Of a stretch of DNA of 53,480 nt, positions 28,105-36,999 are shown piece after piece. The stretch is from a virus (lineage: Duplodnaviria > Caudoviricetes). The first letter of the stretch is position 1; each line of letters opens with the position of its first letter. The notes below the pieces were generated by a model. It was not told where the DNA came from. It saw nothing but the letters and a program-made list of their open reading frames with translations, and ran no database searches. The stretch spans positions 1-53,480 of IMG/VR virus record IMGVR_UViG_3300042347_000977. One strand, given 5' to 3'. The translations under genes and the position numbers were made by a program.

Positions 28105-29205
28105 TCAAGCATTCCTCGCCTCACGGATCGCGCCTGCAGCCCATGACCTCAAGTGCCGAAGCACACCAGGGCGCGCAGCCCCTTCAGCCATCGAGGCGTA
28201 ATACTTGTTCCTCTTCCCAAGAGCGGCATAGTGCGCCTGCATTTTTGCAGAGTCACCACGCAGCGCACCGACAAGCCCCGGGACTTCATGCAGATGTCGA
28301 TCAGAAGGACTATTCAAAATCTTCTTCATCGCCGGAATCGCATAATCCCCCCGCGCAAACTCAAACCTGGAAAGCCGCTTCTCCTCAGTCCCCATGATCT
28401 CCTCGCGGCGTTCCTCGGGAGTCAGCTTCGGCGGCACGCCTGCCTTCTTCATCATGTCATACCCGCGCTCATTGATCACCAGTTGGCCCTTCACCATCTC
28501 GATGAGGCCGCTCTTGAGCAGCATCGCCCGCTGCGCAGACGACTCATCCGCGCTCGCCGCAGCCTTCAAAGCCGCAAGCACCGCCTCATCCGCCTCGCCA
28601 TCTCCAAACTCCACGATCCGCCCACTACGAGCAGCCAGCTCGCGGGCGGCAAAAGCCGTTTCCTGTTTCTGGCGAGCCAAGCGCCTTGCCTTTCTCTCTT
28701 GCAACAATCGCTCAACACCCATTCCAGCAACCCCGATTCCTAAAACTTGCGTTGCCCTTGGCAAGTGCCGCCACCCCCTTCCAAGCTCCTCAGCAGTTCT
28801 ATGCTGCCATGTGCCAAACCCAGTCAAGGCCGCGCCGCCAGCGACCGCTTCAACCCCAGAAGATTGCTGCCTTTTACCCCCACTTGGCAACTGACCAATC
28901 ACTGCACTCTCATCGCCAGGGATAGCCTCCGGGTGACGCATGAACCAATCCGCACTTCGAGCAACATCACGAGCCTTGGCCTTCCCTTTATACATGGACT
29001 CGGCGGCAGCCTTGGCGCGCATTTCCAAATCATCTCCAAACTCCACGATCCGCCCACTACGGGCAGCCAGCTCGCGCAGCTTGAGTTTTATTCCTCCGTG
29101 TCCTTTGACTCGCTCGCTCCCGCGAGTCTCGCCCCCTTGGGGCCAACCTTCGGTTGCTCTACCTCCCGCCTGCCCCGGCGCTCGGTTGTGGTTAAATTGT
29201 TTCAT
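28105..29205 (-). CDS. Modular basic protein with repeated RELAARSGRIVEFGD motif (putative head cargo polyprotein)
   Basis: 366 aa; motif duplicated as a 46-bp DNA repeat (28599..28644 / 29031..29076); Gly-rich hydrophobic segments. Confidence 0.75.
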   Translation of the reverse strand: MKQFNHNRAPGQAGGRATEGWPQGGETRGSERVKGHGGIKLKLRELAARSGRIVEFGDDLEMRAKAAAESMYKGKAKARDVARSADWFMRHPEAIPGDESAVIGQLPSGGKRQQSSGVEAVAGGAALTGFGTWQHRTAEELGRGWRHLPRATQVLGIGVAGMGVERLLQERKARRLARQKQETAFAARELAARSGRIVEFGDGEADEAVLAALKAAASADESSAQRAMLLKSGLIEMVKGQLVINERGYDMMKKAGVPPKLTPEERREEIMGTEEKRLSRFEFARGDYAIPAMKKILNSPSDRHLHEVPGLVGALRGDSAKMQAHYAALGKRNKYYASMAEGAARPGVLRHLRSWAAGAIREARNA

Positions 29206-29260
29206 AAAAAAAGAGGCAGACTTTACCCGGCCTGCCAGCGGTTGTGGTGGTGTGGAAAAT

Positions 29261-29331
29261 TAGCAGGACCGGGAATCGAACCCGGAACGCAAGGTTATGG
29301 GCCTCGTGAGATACCGTTTCTCCATCCTGCG
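29261..29331 (-). tRNA. tRNA-Met(CAU), initiator-like, no encoded CCA
   Basis: CGCAGGA/TCCTGCT acceptor with C1:U72 mismatch, A11-U24, anticodon arm CGAGG-CCCATAA-CCTTG, T arm CCGGG-TTCGATT-CCCGG. Confidence 0.9.
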
Positions 29332-29338
29332 ATTTGAA

Positions 29339-29848
29339 TTAGCGGAGCTTTAGCGCAAATCGACCGAGCCGCCCAAGCAACCCGGGACGACCAGCCGCAG
29401 AGTTTATGGCGGATTGCCCAGCCATGCCGTAACCGGCCTTGACCTTATCCATAAAGCCCATGCGGCCAAAGTTGCCCAATGCCCCCGCCTTGGCGATTTT
29501 GTAGTTTGCTGCACGCTGAGCAATCGGAGTAGAGCCAACGCGATCCGCCGCAGTCGCTGCCATGGCAGATTTTTTTGCATACTCGTCTGCACCGACGCCC
29601 ATCACAGCCTTATGGCCGCGATAGGCTCCATAGCCAGCGCCACCGACAGCGGCTGCACCTGCACCGGCTTTGACCGCCGTGCCCATGCCCATGCCACCTT
29701 CGTCCTCGACCTCGACAAACTGCCCATTGGCGTCACGCACCATGGCAAATTCCTTGAGCTTTTCAGTGCGAGCCGCCAGCTCGCGAAGCGCAGGCTTGAG
29801 ATCCTTCACTCCGTGTTCTCCGTGTCCTCTGTGGTTAAAATTCTTCAT
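29339..29848 (-). CDS. Basic Gly/Ala-rich protein with LRELAARTEKLKEFA leader (putative head cargo)
   Basis: 169 aa directly after the capsid gene; RDANGQF motif; GAGAAAVGGAGYGAY hydrophobic segment. Confidence 0.75.
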   Translation of the reverse strand: MKNFNHRGHGEHGVKDLKPALRELAARTEKLKEFAMVRDANGQFVEVEDEGGMGMGTAVKAGAGAAAVGGAGYGAYRGHKAVMGVGADEYAKKSAMAATAADRVGSTPIAQRAANYKIAKAGALGNFGRMGFMDKVKAGYGMAGQSAINSAAGRPGLLGRLGRFALKLR

Positions 29849-29862
29849 AAAAATTTCCTTTC

Positions 29863-29910
29863 AAAAAAAAGGAGGAAGGACTCAGCAGTTTCCTACTTCA
29901 TCCTTCCTCC
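29863..29910 (-). terminator. Probable terminator/attenuator after the major capsid gene
   Basis: Minus strand GGAGGAAGGA-N20-TCCTTCCTCC-T8; the large loop lowers confidence. Confidence 0.5.
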
Positions 29911-29922
29911 CTCATACTTTTC

Positions 29923-30879
29923 TTACAATCCGGTGGTGATGAGTCGGCCCGAGTTCGGGTTCACGATCTTGATCACGCGATTGCTGCGCACGCGGATCAT
30001 GTCGCCCCTGCGTTTTTCTTCGCGATATTGATCCGTGGTGAACAAGCCGCCTTCGCTGTCAGCATCCCAGATGATCGTGCGGCCTGCGCCACCGTTCATG
30101 AAGTCGCCGCCTTGCACCTCGCCGACCCAGATGTGGCTGTTGCCCCATACTGGCACGACATCGGTTTTACCCTTGATGCCGCGATCGTAGGACTTCTTGG
30201 CGATCACGATGTTCGGGATGCCAAAGGCCTCAGCGACGAGGCTTGGGGTAATGTTTGATCCGCCCTGGGTGGTGTTCAGGTGCCCGTAGAGGTAGGTCTG
30301 GAGCAGCTTGGAGCGCTTCAGGCGGTTGTAGACCGAGAGGCTCATCACGATCGTGTTGGGCTCTTCGCCGTTGAGCGTAAGCGCCTCGATCGTCGCGTTC
30401 AGATCGAACGGGAAGTCGATGGTGTCCAAAAGATTCTCAGTGTAGTTCACTTTTGCAGCGGCCGCTGTGAACACAGCAGGATCCATGATCGCGGCGGCAG
30501 CTTCCACCTCGTAGTCCAACATCAATTTGTTCATGCAGAACTTGGCTGTGACCATATCGGAATCGAAGAAGTCGCGCATTTGTTTGCGGACGGTATCGTC
30601 CACGCGTTTTTCGTGGCCGTATTCCTGAGTCTGGTAGCTGTCCCACTCGAATTGCTCTTCGCTCTCGTTGTAGGTGCCGGTGGCTCCGCGCTTTTGGCTC
30701 TCTTTTTTGAGGAGTTCGCCCTTGCCGATGCGGAAGCGTGGATAGCGTCCGACCTCGCGCTCACTGCCGTAAACGGGCAGGAGGCTGCTGGCGACGAAGT
30801 GTTTTTCCTGGTGGACTGCTTCCATCAAGAGAGTGGAGATGTCCCGCCGTGGAACGGAGTCTGAAGTATTGTATGCCAT
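29923..30879 (-). CDS. Major capsid protein (HK97 fold, lambda gpE-like)
   Basis: 318 aa; F.A..L.P.Y, KR...G, EPNTIVMS..VY..LK, ..FGIP.I......YD, VWG; follows the protease and decoration genes. Confidence 0.88.
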   Translation of the reverse strand: MAYNTSDSVPRRDISTLLMEAVHQEKHFVASSLLPVYGSEREVGRYPRFRIGKGELLKKESQKRGATGTYNESEEQFEWDSYQTQEYGHEKRVDDTVRKQMRDFFDSDMVTAKFCMNKLMLDYEVEAAAAIMDPAVFTAAAAKVNYTENLLDTIDFPFDLNATIEALTLNGEEPNTIVMSLSVYNRLKRSKLLQTYLYGHLNTTQGGSNITPSLVAEAFGIPNIVIAKKSYDRGIKGKTDVVPVWGNSHIWVGEVQGGDFMNGGAGRTIIWDADSEGGLFTTDQYREEKRRGDMIRVRSNRVIKIVNPNSGRLITTGL

Positions 30880-30905
30880 AATCGTTTTCTTTTAAGTGTT
30901 GATTT

Positions 30906-31265
30906 TTAGAGGATGATGGCACGGATCATTCCGCCGCCATTGCTGTTCGTTGGAGCGGCCTCTACGGCGTAGCCAGCCGTGGCGCCAGTGGTCTTGAGCA
31001 CATAAGTGCCGTTTGCGGCTTGCTCCAGAAGGCTACCCATGGGAATTGCCGTGCCATTGCCGATTTGCACATAGCGGAGGCCGTTTCCTTTAGTGAGGAA
31101 GACATCCGCAGCATTGCCGACAGTAGCTCCACGAAGGAGCGTGCCGATCACGACATCGGAAGCCCCGGCGATATCCACGCCGGTAGCGGTGAGTTTGAGT
31201 GAGACATGCTCTTTGCCGCGCAGATCTGCTGCGGCGGGGAGCGAAACAACGGTGTTGTAATTCAT
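30906..31265 (-). CDS. Capsid decoration/cement protein
   Basis: ~119 aa Ala/Gly-rich beta protein (AAADL, VIGTL, G.AVEAA...G..I) between the scaffold and capsid genes. Confidence 0.7.
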   Translation of the reverse strand: MNYNTVVSLPAAADLRGKEHVSLKLTATGVDIAGASDVVIGTLLRGATVGNAADVFLTKGNGLRYVQIGNGTAIPMGSLLEQAANGTYVLKTTGATAGYAVEAAPTNSNGGGMIRAIIL

Positions 31266-31288
31266 AGTATTTTTTTCCTTTGGTTGAA

Positions 31289-32050
31289 TTAGCCCTGGTT
31301 GCGGATCCAATCTTGGTGCGCGTCAGGATTTTCTTTGTGGGCGAGCATCACGGCCTGGGCGTGTGTCTTGCCCTGGTTTTTGTGGTTCTGCACGCGAGCT
31401 TCGAACTCATGGAGTTCGCCGTTTTTGCCATTGATGGCAGCACCCTCGGCGCTGAAGGCCAGCGGGCGGACGCCAGTTTTAAGAGCGTTGCGGAGCGCGT
31501 CGTTTTCGGCGACGAGCTTATCGGCAAATTCCTTAAGCTCGGCGCGCTCGGCGGCGAGTTGGGTCATGTTGCCTTCGATAGTCGAAAAGTAGTGTTCGAT
31601 CTCGTTGTTCTCAGCGGCGGCATCTTCGCGTTCGAAGCGGGCCGAGAGTTCACGGACTTGTTTTTGCAGAGCGGAGAGAGCAGTGCCCTCGGAGCCACCT
31701 GTGGAGCTTTCGACTCCTGCACCAGCACCGGCGAGTTCGCCAGCGGGTTCGTTGCCTTGCTCGCCAGCTTCATCGGCTTCCAGAGCGGCGATGACTTCGG
31801 CTTGGTAGGCTTGGATGCCAGCGGCATCCTCTTCGCTGATCTCTCCAGCTTGGACGAGAGCGGCGATGTCCTGCTCGGTGAGATCCATGATCTCTTCGAG
31901 GGAGATTTCTTCATTGTTCTCCGCACCTTGTTGCAGGGCGGCGATTGTCTCTTGCTGGGCAGCGACCTGCTCAGTAAGCGTGTTCAGGGCCGCCATGACA
32001 TCTTCAAGAGAAGGGCCTGCCGCTGCTTGGGTGTTGTTGGTGTTTTCCAT
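31289..32050 (-). CDS. Nested in-frame scaffold protein (internal start MENTNN)
   Basis: Internal ATG at 32050 has its own GTTGAC 18 nt upstream, like other genes; analogous to lambda C/Nu3. Confidence 0.6.
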   Translation of the reverse strand: MENTNNTQAAAGPSLEDVMAALNTLTEQVAAQQETIAALQQGAENNEEISLEEIMDLTEQDIAALVQAGEISEEDAAGIQAYQAEVIAALEADEAGEQGNEPAGELAGAGAGVESSTGGSEGTALSALQKQVRELSARFEREDAAAENNEIEHYFSTIEGNMTQLAAERAELKEFADKLVAENDALRNALKTGVRPLAFSAEGAAINGKNGELHEFEARVQNHKNQGKTHAQAVMLAHKENPDAHQDWIRNQG

Positions 32051-32593
32051 ACGAGAGTTGTTTGGCGTGTCAACTGAGGCCAGTTGTTTTGTGTCACCTT
32101 CCGGCAGCTTGGCCTCGAAAAGCCCAGAGGGGTTTGCCGCAGGGTTTGCGACCAAATCGACTGAAATGAGTTCGGAGCAACGGGCTTTCTTCTGGCCGTT
32201 TTCCATCTCGTCCTCGCCCATGAATGCGGCCGAGAGGCCCACATTTGCTGGCATGCGCTCGGCCATTTCGATGGCCTGGGCAAAGCGGTCGTGGCTCTTG
32301 AGAAGGTGCCAATCCCCGAGGAGCTTCGCGTCCTCGATGCGGAAATTGTCCAGGTAGCCATTCACGGCATCCGCCCCTGTGCGGTGGTTCCATTTCACCG
32401 GCACCGTGCCGAGCTTTTCGGCACATTCCTTGATCTGGTTGAGCGTCTTCGCATCCACCTCCAGATCGTGCCCGCGCGCCTTCACGCCGCTGGTGATCAC
32501 CGCCACGCCGTGGATCACGCCATTGAGAGCGTCCACCTTCTGCGCGCAGTTATAGGGGGTGTAAAATTCTTTAAGATTTGCTGTCGTCGCCAT
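31289..32593 (-). CDS. Prohead maturation protease with C-terminal scaffold
   Basis: GV.VIT.G..ARGH, V..NH, VGLS..F, ISVDLV.NPAAN..GLF (clan SH prohead protease pattern), followed by an acidic coiled coil. Confidence 0.85.
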   Translation of the reverse strand: MATTANLKEFYTPYNCAQKVDALNGVIHGVAVITSGVKARGHDLEVDAKTLNQIKECAEKLGTVPVKWNHRTGADAVNGYLDNFRIEDAKLLGDWHLLKSHDRFAQAIEMAERMPANVGLSAAFMGEDEMENGQKKARCSELISVDLVANPAANPSGLFEAKLPEGDTKQLASVDTPNNSRMENTNNTQAAAGPSLEDVMAALNTLTEQVAAQQETIAALQQGAENNEEISLEEIMDLTEQDIAALVQAGEISEEDAAGIQAYQAEVIAALEADEAGEQGNEPAGELAGAGAGVESSTGGSEGTALSALQKQVRELSARFEREDAAAENNEIEHYFSTIEGNMTQLAAERAELKEFADKLVAENDALRNALKTGVRPLAFSAEGAAINGKNGELHEFEARVQNHKNQGKTHAQAVMLAHKENPDAHQDWIRNQG

Positions 32594-32617
32594 GCCTCAC
32601 GGCACAGGCGTCAACGA

Positions 32618-32863
32618 TCAGTCTTCATCCTCTTCATCCTCTTCATCCTCGCCGCGCATATCCAGACACATCGGCAACTGCTCGCTCATACCTTCCACGG
32701 CAAAGGAATTTCCAAATTTCAGCGTGAGGTATTGCGTCTCGCCGTCCTCAGCCCACGAAACCATACCCACACCCGCATCAAAATGCTCGGCCAGCATACG
32801 CTCGACCCGCTCCACCACCTCGGCTCGGCTCTCGCACTTTTCGCGCTGGCGCTTGGAGGCCAT
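32618..32863 (-). CDS. Small protein with acidic C-terminus
   Basis: 81 aa in the operon; L.EHFD...FGN.FA..G. Confidence 0.6.
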   Translation of the reverse strand: MASKRQREKCESRAEVVERVERMLAEHFDAGVGMVSWAEDGETQYLTLKFGNSFAVEGMSEQLPMCLDMRGEDEEDEEDED

Positions 32864-32865
32864 AG

Positions 32866-33354
32866 CTAAAACTCCAAGAAAATATCGCCCTTGGCGATCG
32901 ACCTCACGGCAGTTTCCGTCTTCTTGCCGCTATCCCAGTCCACGCGCATACGGCCACGGACGATCTCGGTAATCTTTCCCATTCCACCCCTGCGCGAGCG
33001 CACCGTCATGCCCGCTACCGGCTTGGGGCGCTTGCTGCCCTTGGCGGGCTTGGACTTCACAGGCTTCTCCTCCCTCGGGTCGGTGTGTTTGCCCTTTTCG
33101 CGGTAGGCCACCACCTTGATTAGCTCCTTGTTGAGCCTATCCCATATCGTGATCTCGCGTCGCTCGATCTTCCCCGAGGTGATCGCGCTCTTGAGAACTG
33201 TCTGCACCTTGTCCTCGTGGCACTCCAGAGCCTCGGCCACCTGCTCGCGCTTGTGCCACCCTGCCTTGGCGTAGGTGTCCCATTGATATTTAGGAACACT
33301 CTCATGCTCCTCGACCATTTGCTGCTTCACGATGCGTTTCCAGAGGTTTGCCAT
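32866..33354 (-). CDS. Hypothetical basic protein (HTH-like N part, SH3-like C part)
   Basis: GW..REQVAE.L.C; G..V....G.GKI......RVDWD.G. Confidence 0.6.
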   Translation of the reverse strand: MANLWKRIVKQQMVEEHESVPKYQWDTYAKAGWHKREQVAEALECHEDKVQTVLKSAITSGKIERREITIWDRLNKELIKVVAYREKGKHTDPREEKPVKSKPAKGSKRPKPVAGMTVRSRRGGMGKITEIVRGRMRVDWDSGKKTETAVRSIAKGDIFLEF

Positions 33355-33367
33355 ATAGGTTTTGGTT

Positions 33368-34366
33368 TTAAGAAATTTTCTGACTGCCCTTGAGCAGCAT
33401 CCCCGCGTAGCTCACACCATCGTTGATCGTGACATTGATCATCTGGAACGCGCCGGTCTTGCGAGAGATGAAGCGGATCAAGTAGCCATGCGTCCACTCG
33501 GTCGGGCGCGTGTTGGCATAAAGTGGCTGCCGCTTGCAGAGGCAGCCGGGATTCCATGCGGAGATCAGCCCCAGCCCAGGAATGTTCTTGGGCTTGAAAC
33601 TCGCGCGGTGCGTGTCGAAGTAGCAAATGTTGCCCCCCGCCTTCGCCATAGCCACCTCCGCCGCATCGCGGGCGTTGCTGATCTTGTGGACGAAATACAT
33701 TTTATCCATCTTGACCCATCCCGGCACATCGCAGTCTCCGTGCGTCTTGCCTTGGTGGTAGTATTTGATGCCCCGCTCCGCGAGCTTCAGCACATGCTCG
33801 GCGCAGAAGGTGCGGCGAAGCAGGTCGATATCCTTGTGGTGCGCGAGCCGCTGCGTGAGCGCCCATCTTTCGACCCTCCACTCATGGTTGCCCTCGATGT
33901 AATGAATATCCCCGCAGCCCGAGTGGTGCATCACGGCATCGAGCAGATCGTTCGACACCCGCACATCATCCTCGTAGCTATCCTCCGTCTCGGCCACATA
34001 GCCCAGCGTGTGGTGCTCGGCCAGAAAGCCCCCGCAGTCCAAAAAGTCGCCGCCTATCACGATGCGATCTGGCTGGAGGGTCTTCAAGTCGCCCAGAAAA
34101 GCAGAGAACGCCGCCGGGTCATGTTTGTTCCCATGCACATCCGAAAAAATCACTTCTATAATGTCGCCCGCTCCTGGCTTCGGCGAAGTCGGCTTCGCCT
34201 TCACAATCGGGCGAGTGCCCGTGCGCGCCTTCTCCAGCGCCCGCACCGTCTCCGCGTGAGCCTTGCGCTCCGCATCGAGATCCGCCAGCGCCTGGTCGAG
34301 CTTAGATTTATGATCCGCCGCCTGCGCCGCCTGCGCCACCGCGCCCCATTGGGTTGTTTTTTTCAT
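33368..34366 (-). CDS. Calcineurin-like metallophosphoesterase
   Basis: SDVH, GGDFLD, EGNHE, H, THR motifs; N-terminal coiled coil. Confidence 0.88.
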   Translation of the reverse strand: MKKTTQWGAVAQAAQAADHKSKLDQALADLDAERKAHAETVRALEKARTGTRPIVKAKPTSPKPGAGDIIEVIFSDVHGNKHDPAAFSAFLGDLKTLQPDRIVIGGDFLDCGGFLAEHHTLGYVAETEDSYEDDVRVSNDLLDAVMHHSGCGDIHYIEGNHEWRVERWALTQRLAHHKDIDLLRRTFCAEHVLKLAERGIKYYHQGKTHGDCDVPGWVKMDKMYFVHKISNARDAAEVAMAKAGGNICYFDTHRASFKPKNIPGLGLISAWNPGCLCKRQPLYANTRPTEWTHGYLIRFISRKTGAFQMINVTINDGVSYAGMLLKGSQKIS

Positions 34367-34369
34367 AAA

Positions 34370-35128
34370 TTATTTTTCTTTGCGCTGTGTCAGCCAAGTT
34401 GCGCCGCCACCGCCAGCCACAGCCCCAGCCATCGCGCCGACGCGCATCGCCTGCACCTGGCGGCTCACCGCCTTGCCCGTGCCGATGCCACGCGCATACG
34501 ACTCGCAGTTGTTTGCTCCCGCTGGGCACACACTCTTCCGGTCCCAGCGCTTGTCGGCCTGCGAAGCCTCGTAGCGTTTGTTGAAAGCCTCCACCTCGGC
34601 ATCGTTCATCGTGCCAGCGCGCCCCTCCGCACGCTGCGGGATACCCCGCTCACGCAGCACCTTGCCATCGTTGTCGATATACACCTTCTTGCCGAATTCC
34701 GCCTGATCCACAATTTTGCGTCCACGCGATTTGCTCACCTCGGCGATCCGCCCACTGCCCACACCCACGCCATAGTGCCGCTGCGGCACGCCCAAGAACT
34801 CATCCGCCTTCAGCGCCGCACGCGAGAGCGCACCCTTCACGCCCGCCGCCTCGCGATTCTTCCGCAGCACGCCGCGCAAACTCCGCCCATTCGGCAAATG
34901 AATGATCTCCGCAGGCGTGGTGAGCCCTTGGTTGTTATAGACCACCTTGCCAAGAAGAGATTCCCCCTCCTGAACCAAGCGACCCTTCGGCAGCAAACGC
35001 GGCAGCGTGCGCATCCCCACCAAACCACCCGCCGCGACACCAGCCCCAATCAAAGCCGCACGGCCCACGCCGCTGCGCTTCTCCTCGGACTTCGCCGCCA
35101 GCTCCTTGAGTCGGGATTTAAGGTTCAT
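34370..35128 (-). CDS. LRAT-like (permuted NlpC/P60) domain protein with LKELAAK leader
   Basis: HYGVGVG.G.I and NNCESYA....TG...S.QV followed by a hydrophobic tail; start overlaps the upstream TGA. Confidence 0.75.
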   Translation of the reverse strand: MNLKSRLKELAAKSEEKRSGVGRAALIGAGVAAGGLVGMRTLPRLLPKGRLVQEGESLLGKVVYNNQGLTTPAEIIHLPNGRSLRGVLRKNREAAGVKGALSRAALKADEFLGVPQRHYGVGVGSGRIAEVSKSRGRKIVDQAEFGKKVYIDNDGKVLRERGIPQRAEGRAGTMNDAEVEAFNKRYEASQADKRWDRKSVCPAGANNCESYARGIGTGKAVSRQVQAMRVGAMAGAVAGGGGATWLTQRKEK

Positions 35129-36999
35129 GCCAGTAATCCCTTCACTGCACGCGACGGAAGATCCCCTTTCGGAGCAGGAATTACCTCCCAAGCACCACGC
35201 CGCGAACGATATTTTTTAGCAAGGTTGCCTGTCGCCTTTAAGATTTTGGAGCGATTGGCCGCGATAGCGATTGCACCTGCAATTCCAGCAAGACCAGGAG
35301 CAATTTTAGCGAGGGCCAGACCTGTATCGTCTCCAGCATTGGAAAGCAGCCCCTCCCTCTTCAGCGCTCGATCCTCCAATTTATTGATTTTTGGTTGCAT
35401 CGCCGCACGCCCCGCCAAAAGACCAGCCGCACCGAGGATTGCAGCCTTCTTATTGACTCCACGCTTTCCAAACAACACCCCGCCGCCCGCCAATCCAACA
35501 CCAGCCCCACCGAGAGCGGCGAGAGGATAAGAGCTAATATTGTCTTTGATATATTCAGCCCTGCGAATGTTGTTTACCGCATTTTTATCGGCAAGGCGGT
35601 CGTATTCACTGTTGGAAAACTCTTGCGATTTCAACCTCTCAGCACGATCTGGCACAGCCTGCTTCTTACCACCGACCAAGGCATTCACGCCAAAAACAGC
35701 GCCAGCGGGTATCCCAATAATTGCGGCCCGCTTCAAAATAGCCTTTCCTCGCACATTTTTAATACGAGAGCCGGATTTTATAGCGTTCAAAACACTTGCA
35801 CGCGGAAGGATTTTTTCACCGGCATAAGCCGCAACCGGCACGGCGGCGGCCGCTGCCAAAAACCCAGGAGCAGAATGCTTGAGCGCATCACGCTTGCGAT
35901 ACTCCACGCCCTTGTTTCCGTAATACTGCTGGGTCTCTATACCTTGGAGGGCATTCGGATACCCCCCCGTGATATAGCCAATATAACCACCTGTCCGCCA
36001 CTCGTCGGACTTCGCCGCCAGCTCCTTGAGACCTTGCAAATCCTCTTCAAAAATCCTGGAAGCCACCTTCTTGAAAGTCGGGAAGGTCGTGAGCTGCGTT
36101 TTGATCACCTTGCCAGCACGATTAAACCGCGCCGCCGCAACCCGCGCCGAGCGAGCCGCCTTGCGAGCCTCGGCAGAGGTCTTGAGCGCGTCATCCGTGA
36201 GCGTCTGCGCGCTCTTGGCCGCCTGCGCTCCGCGAAACCCTGCGTAGGCCACGCCTCCACCAGCACCCAAAGCGCCGATCCCGAGCGCCGCATTACGAAA
36301 ATCTCTGCCTGCCTGCCCCGGCTCCGCAGGCTGCGCCTGCACCGCATAGGGATCAAAGGGCGAAACACGAGCCAACTCGCGCAAGCGGAGTTTGGCGGAA
36401 AAGTCTTTCTCGCGCGTCGCAAGATACCCAGCCCCCGCGCCAGCACCCACCACGCCTGCGCCGACACCAATCGAAATGTTACGGCGGCGAACGCCTTCAT
36501 TGATGAGTTTTCTGGCTCGCCGCACATCATACTTAGCATAAGTGCCGCGCGCAATAGCCCTATGCCTCATCCCGCTTTCAATCTTATACTGAAGGTGAGG
36601 GTCACTGTAAGGGAACTTGTTCTGCTTGACGGCATCAGCGCGGTAAGCGTCTCTCAACGACCTGTTGTATTTCGCTGCATCCAACGCCTCGCGCCCAGCC
36701 TTGATCTGCGCCATTCCCGTGAGATCGGAAATTTTATTGAGAATCGAGAACTCCTTCACCCCTCCGTGCTCTCCGTGTCCTCCGTGGTTAAACCTCGAAA
36801 GCCCCCTCTGCTCCTGCGGCACGCTTTCCTCCACGCCACGGCGCAGGCCGATGGCTCGGCGGAGTTTCTCGGCGAGAGTCGCCTTACGCGCCTCGATGAT
36901 CTGCGGATTGTAAGCCGCAGAGGTGGTGTTGGCGTCCATGCCGCCGCCAGACTCGGGGGCAAACTGGCCGTTGTTGTTGCGTGGTCTTGAGTCGTTCAT
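35125..36999 (-). CDS. Modular polyprotein-like head-region protein (~624 aa)
   Basis: Junction motifs VKEFS, FSAKLRLRELA, LKELAAK and SQEFS separate modules with GxxxG hydrophobic segments. Confidence 0.75.
   Translation of the reverse strand: MNDSRPRNNNGQFAPESGGGMDANTTSAAYNPQIIEARKATLAEKLRRAIGLRRGVEESVPQEQRGLSRFNHGGHGEHGGVKEFSILNKISDLTGMAQIKAGREALDAAKYNRSLRDAYRADAVKQNKFPYSDPHLQYKIESGMRHRAIARGTYAKYDVRRARKLINEGVRRRNISIGVGAGVVGAGAGAGYLATREKDFSAKLRLRELARVSPFDPYAVQAQPAEPGQAGRDFRNAALGIGALGAGGGVAYAGFRGAQAAKSAQTLTDDALKTSAEARKAARSARVAAARFNRAGKVIKTQLTTFPTFKKVASRIFEEDLQGLKELAAKSDEWRTGGYIGYITGGYPNALQGIETQQYYGNKGVEYRKRDALKHSAPGFLAAAAAVPVAAYAGEKILPRASVLNAIKSGSRIKNVRGKAILKRAAIIGIPAGAVFGVNALVGGKKQAVPDRAERLKSQEFSNSEYDRLADKNAVNNIRRAEYIKDNISSYPLAALGGAGVGLAGGGVLFGKRGVNKKAAILGAAGLLAGRAAMQPKINKLEDRALKREGLLSNAGDDTGLALAKIAPGLAGIAGAIAIAANRSKILKATGNLAKKYRSRRGAWEVIPAPKGDLPSRAVKGLLA

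Noticed and set aside
29206-29260. HDV-like theta ribozyme after the tRNA
   Set aside because: The sequence directly 3' of the tRNA is an unstructured A/C/U tract, and the nested double pseudoknot cannot be built.
33362-36990. Long plus-strand ORFs (722 aa, 531 aa)
   Set aside because: Antisense shadows of minus-strand genes that have clear motifs and coupled starts; no recognisable protein features.
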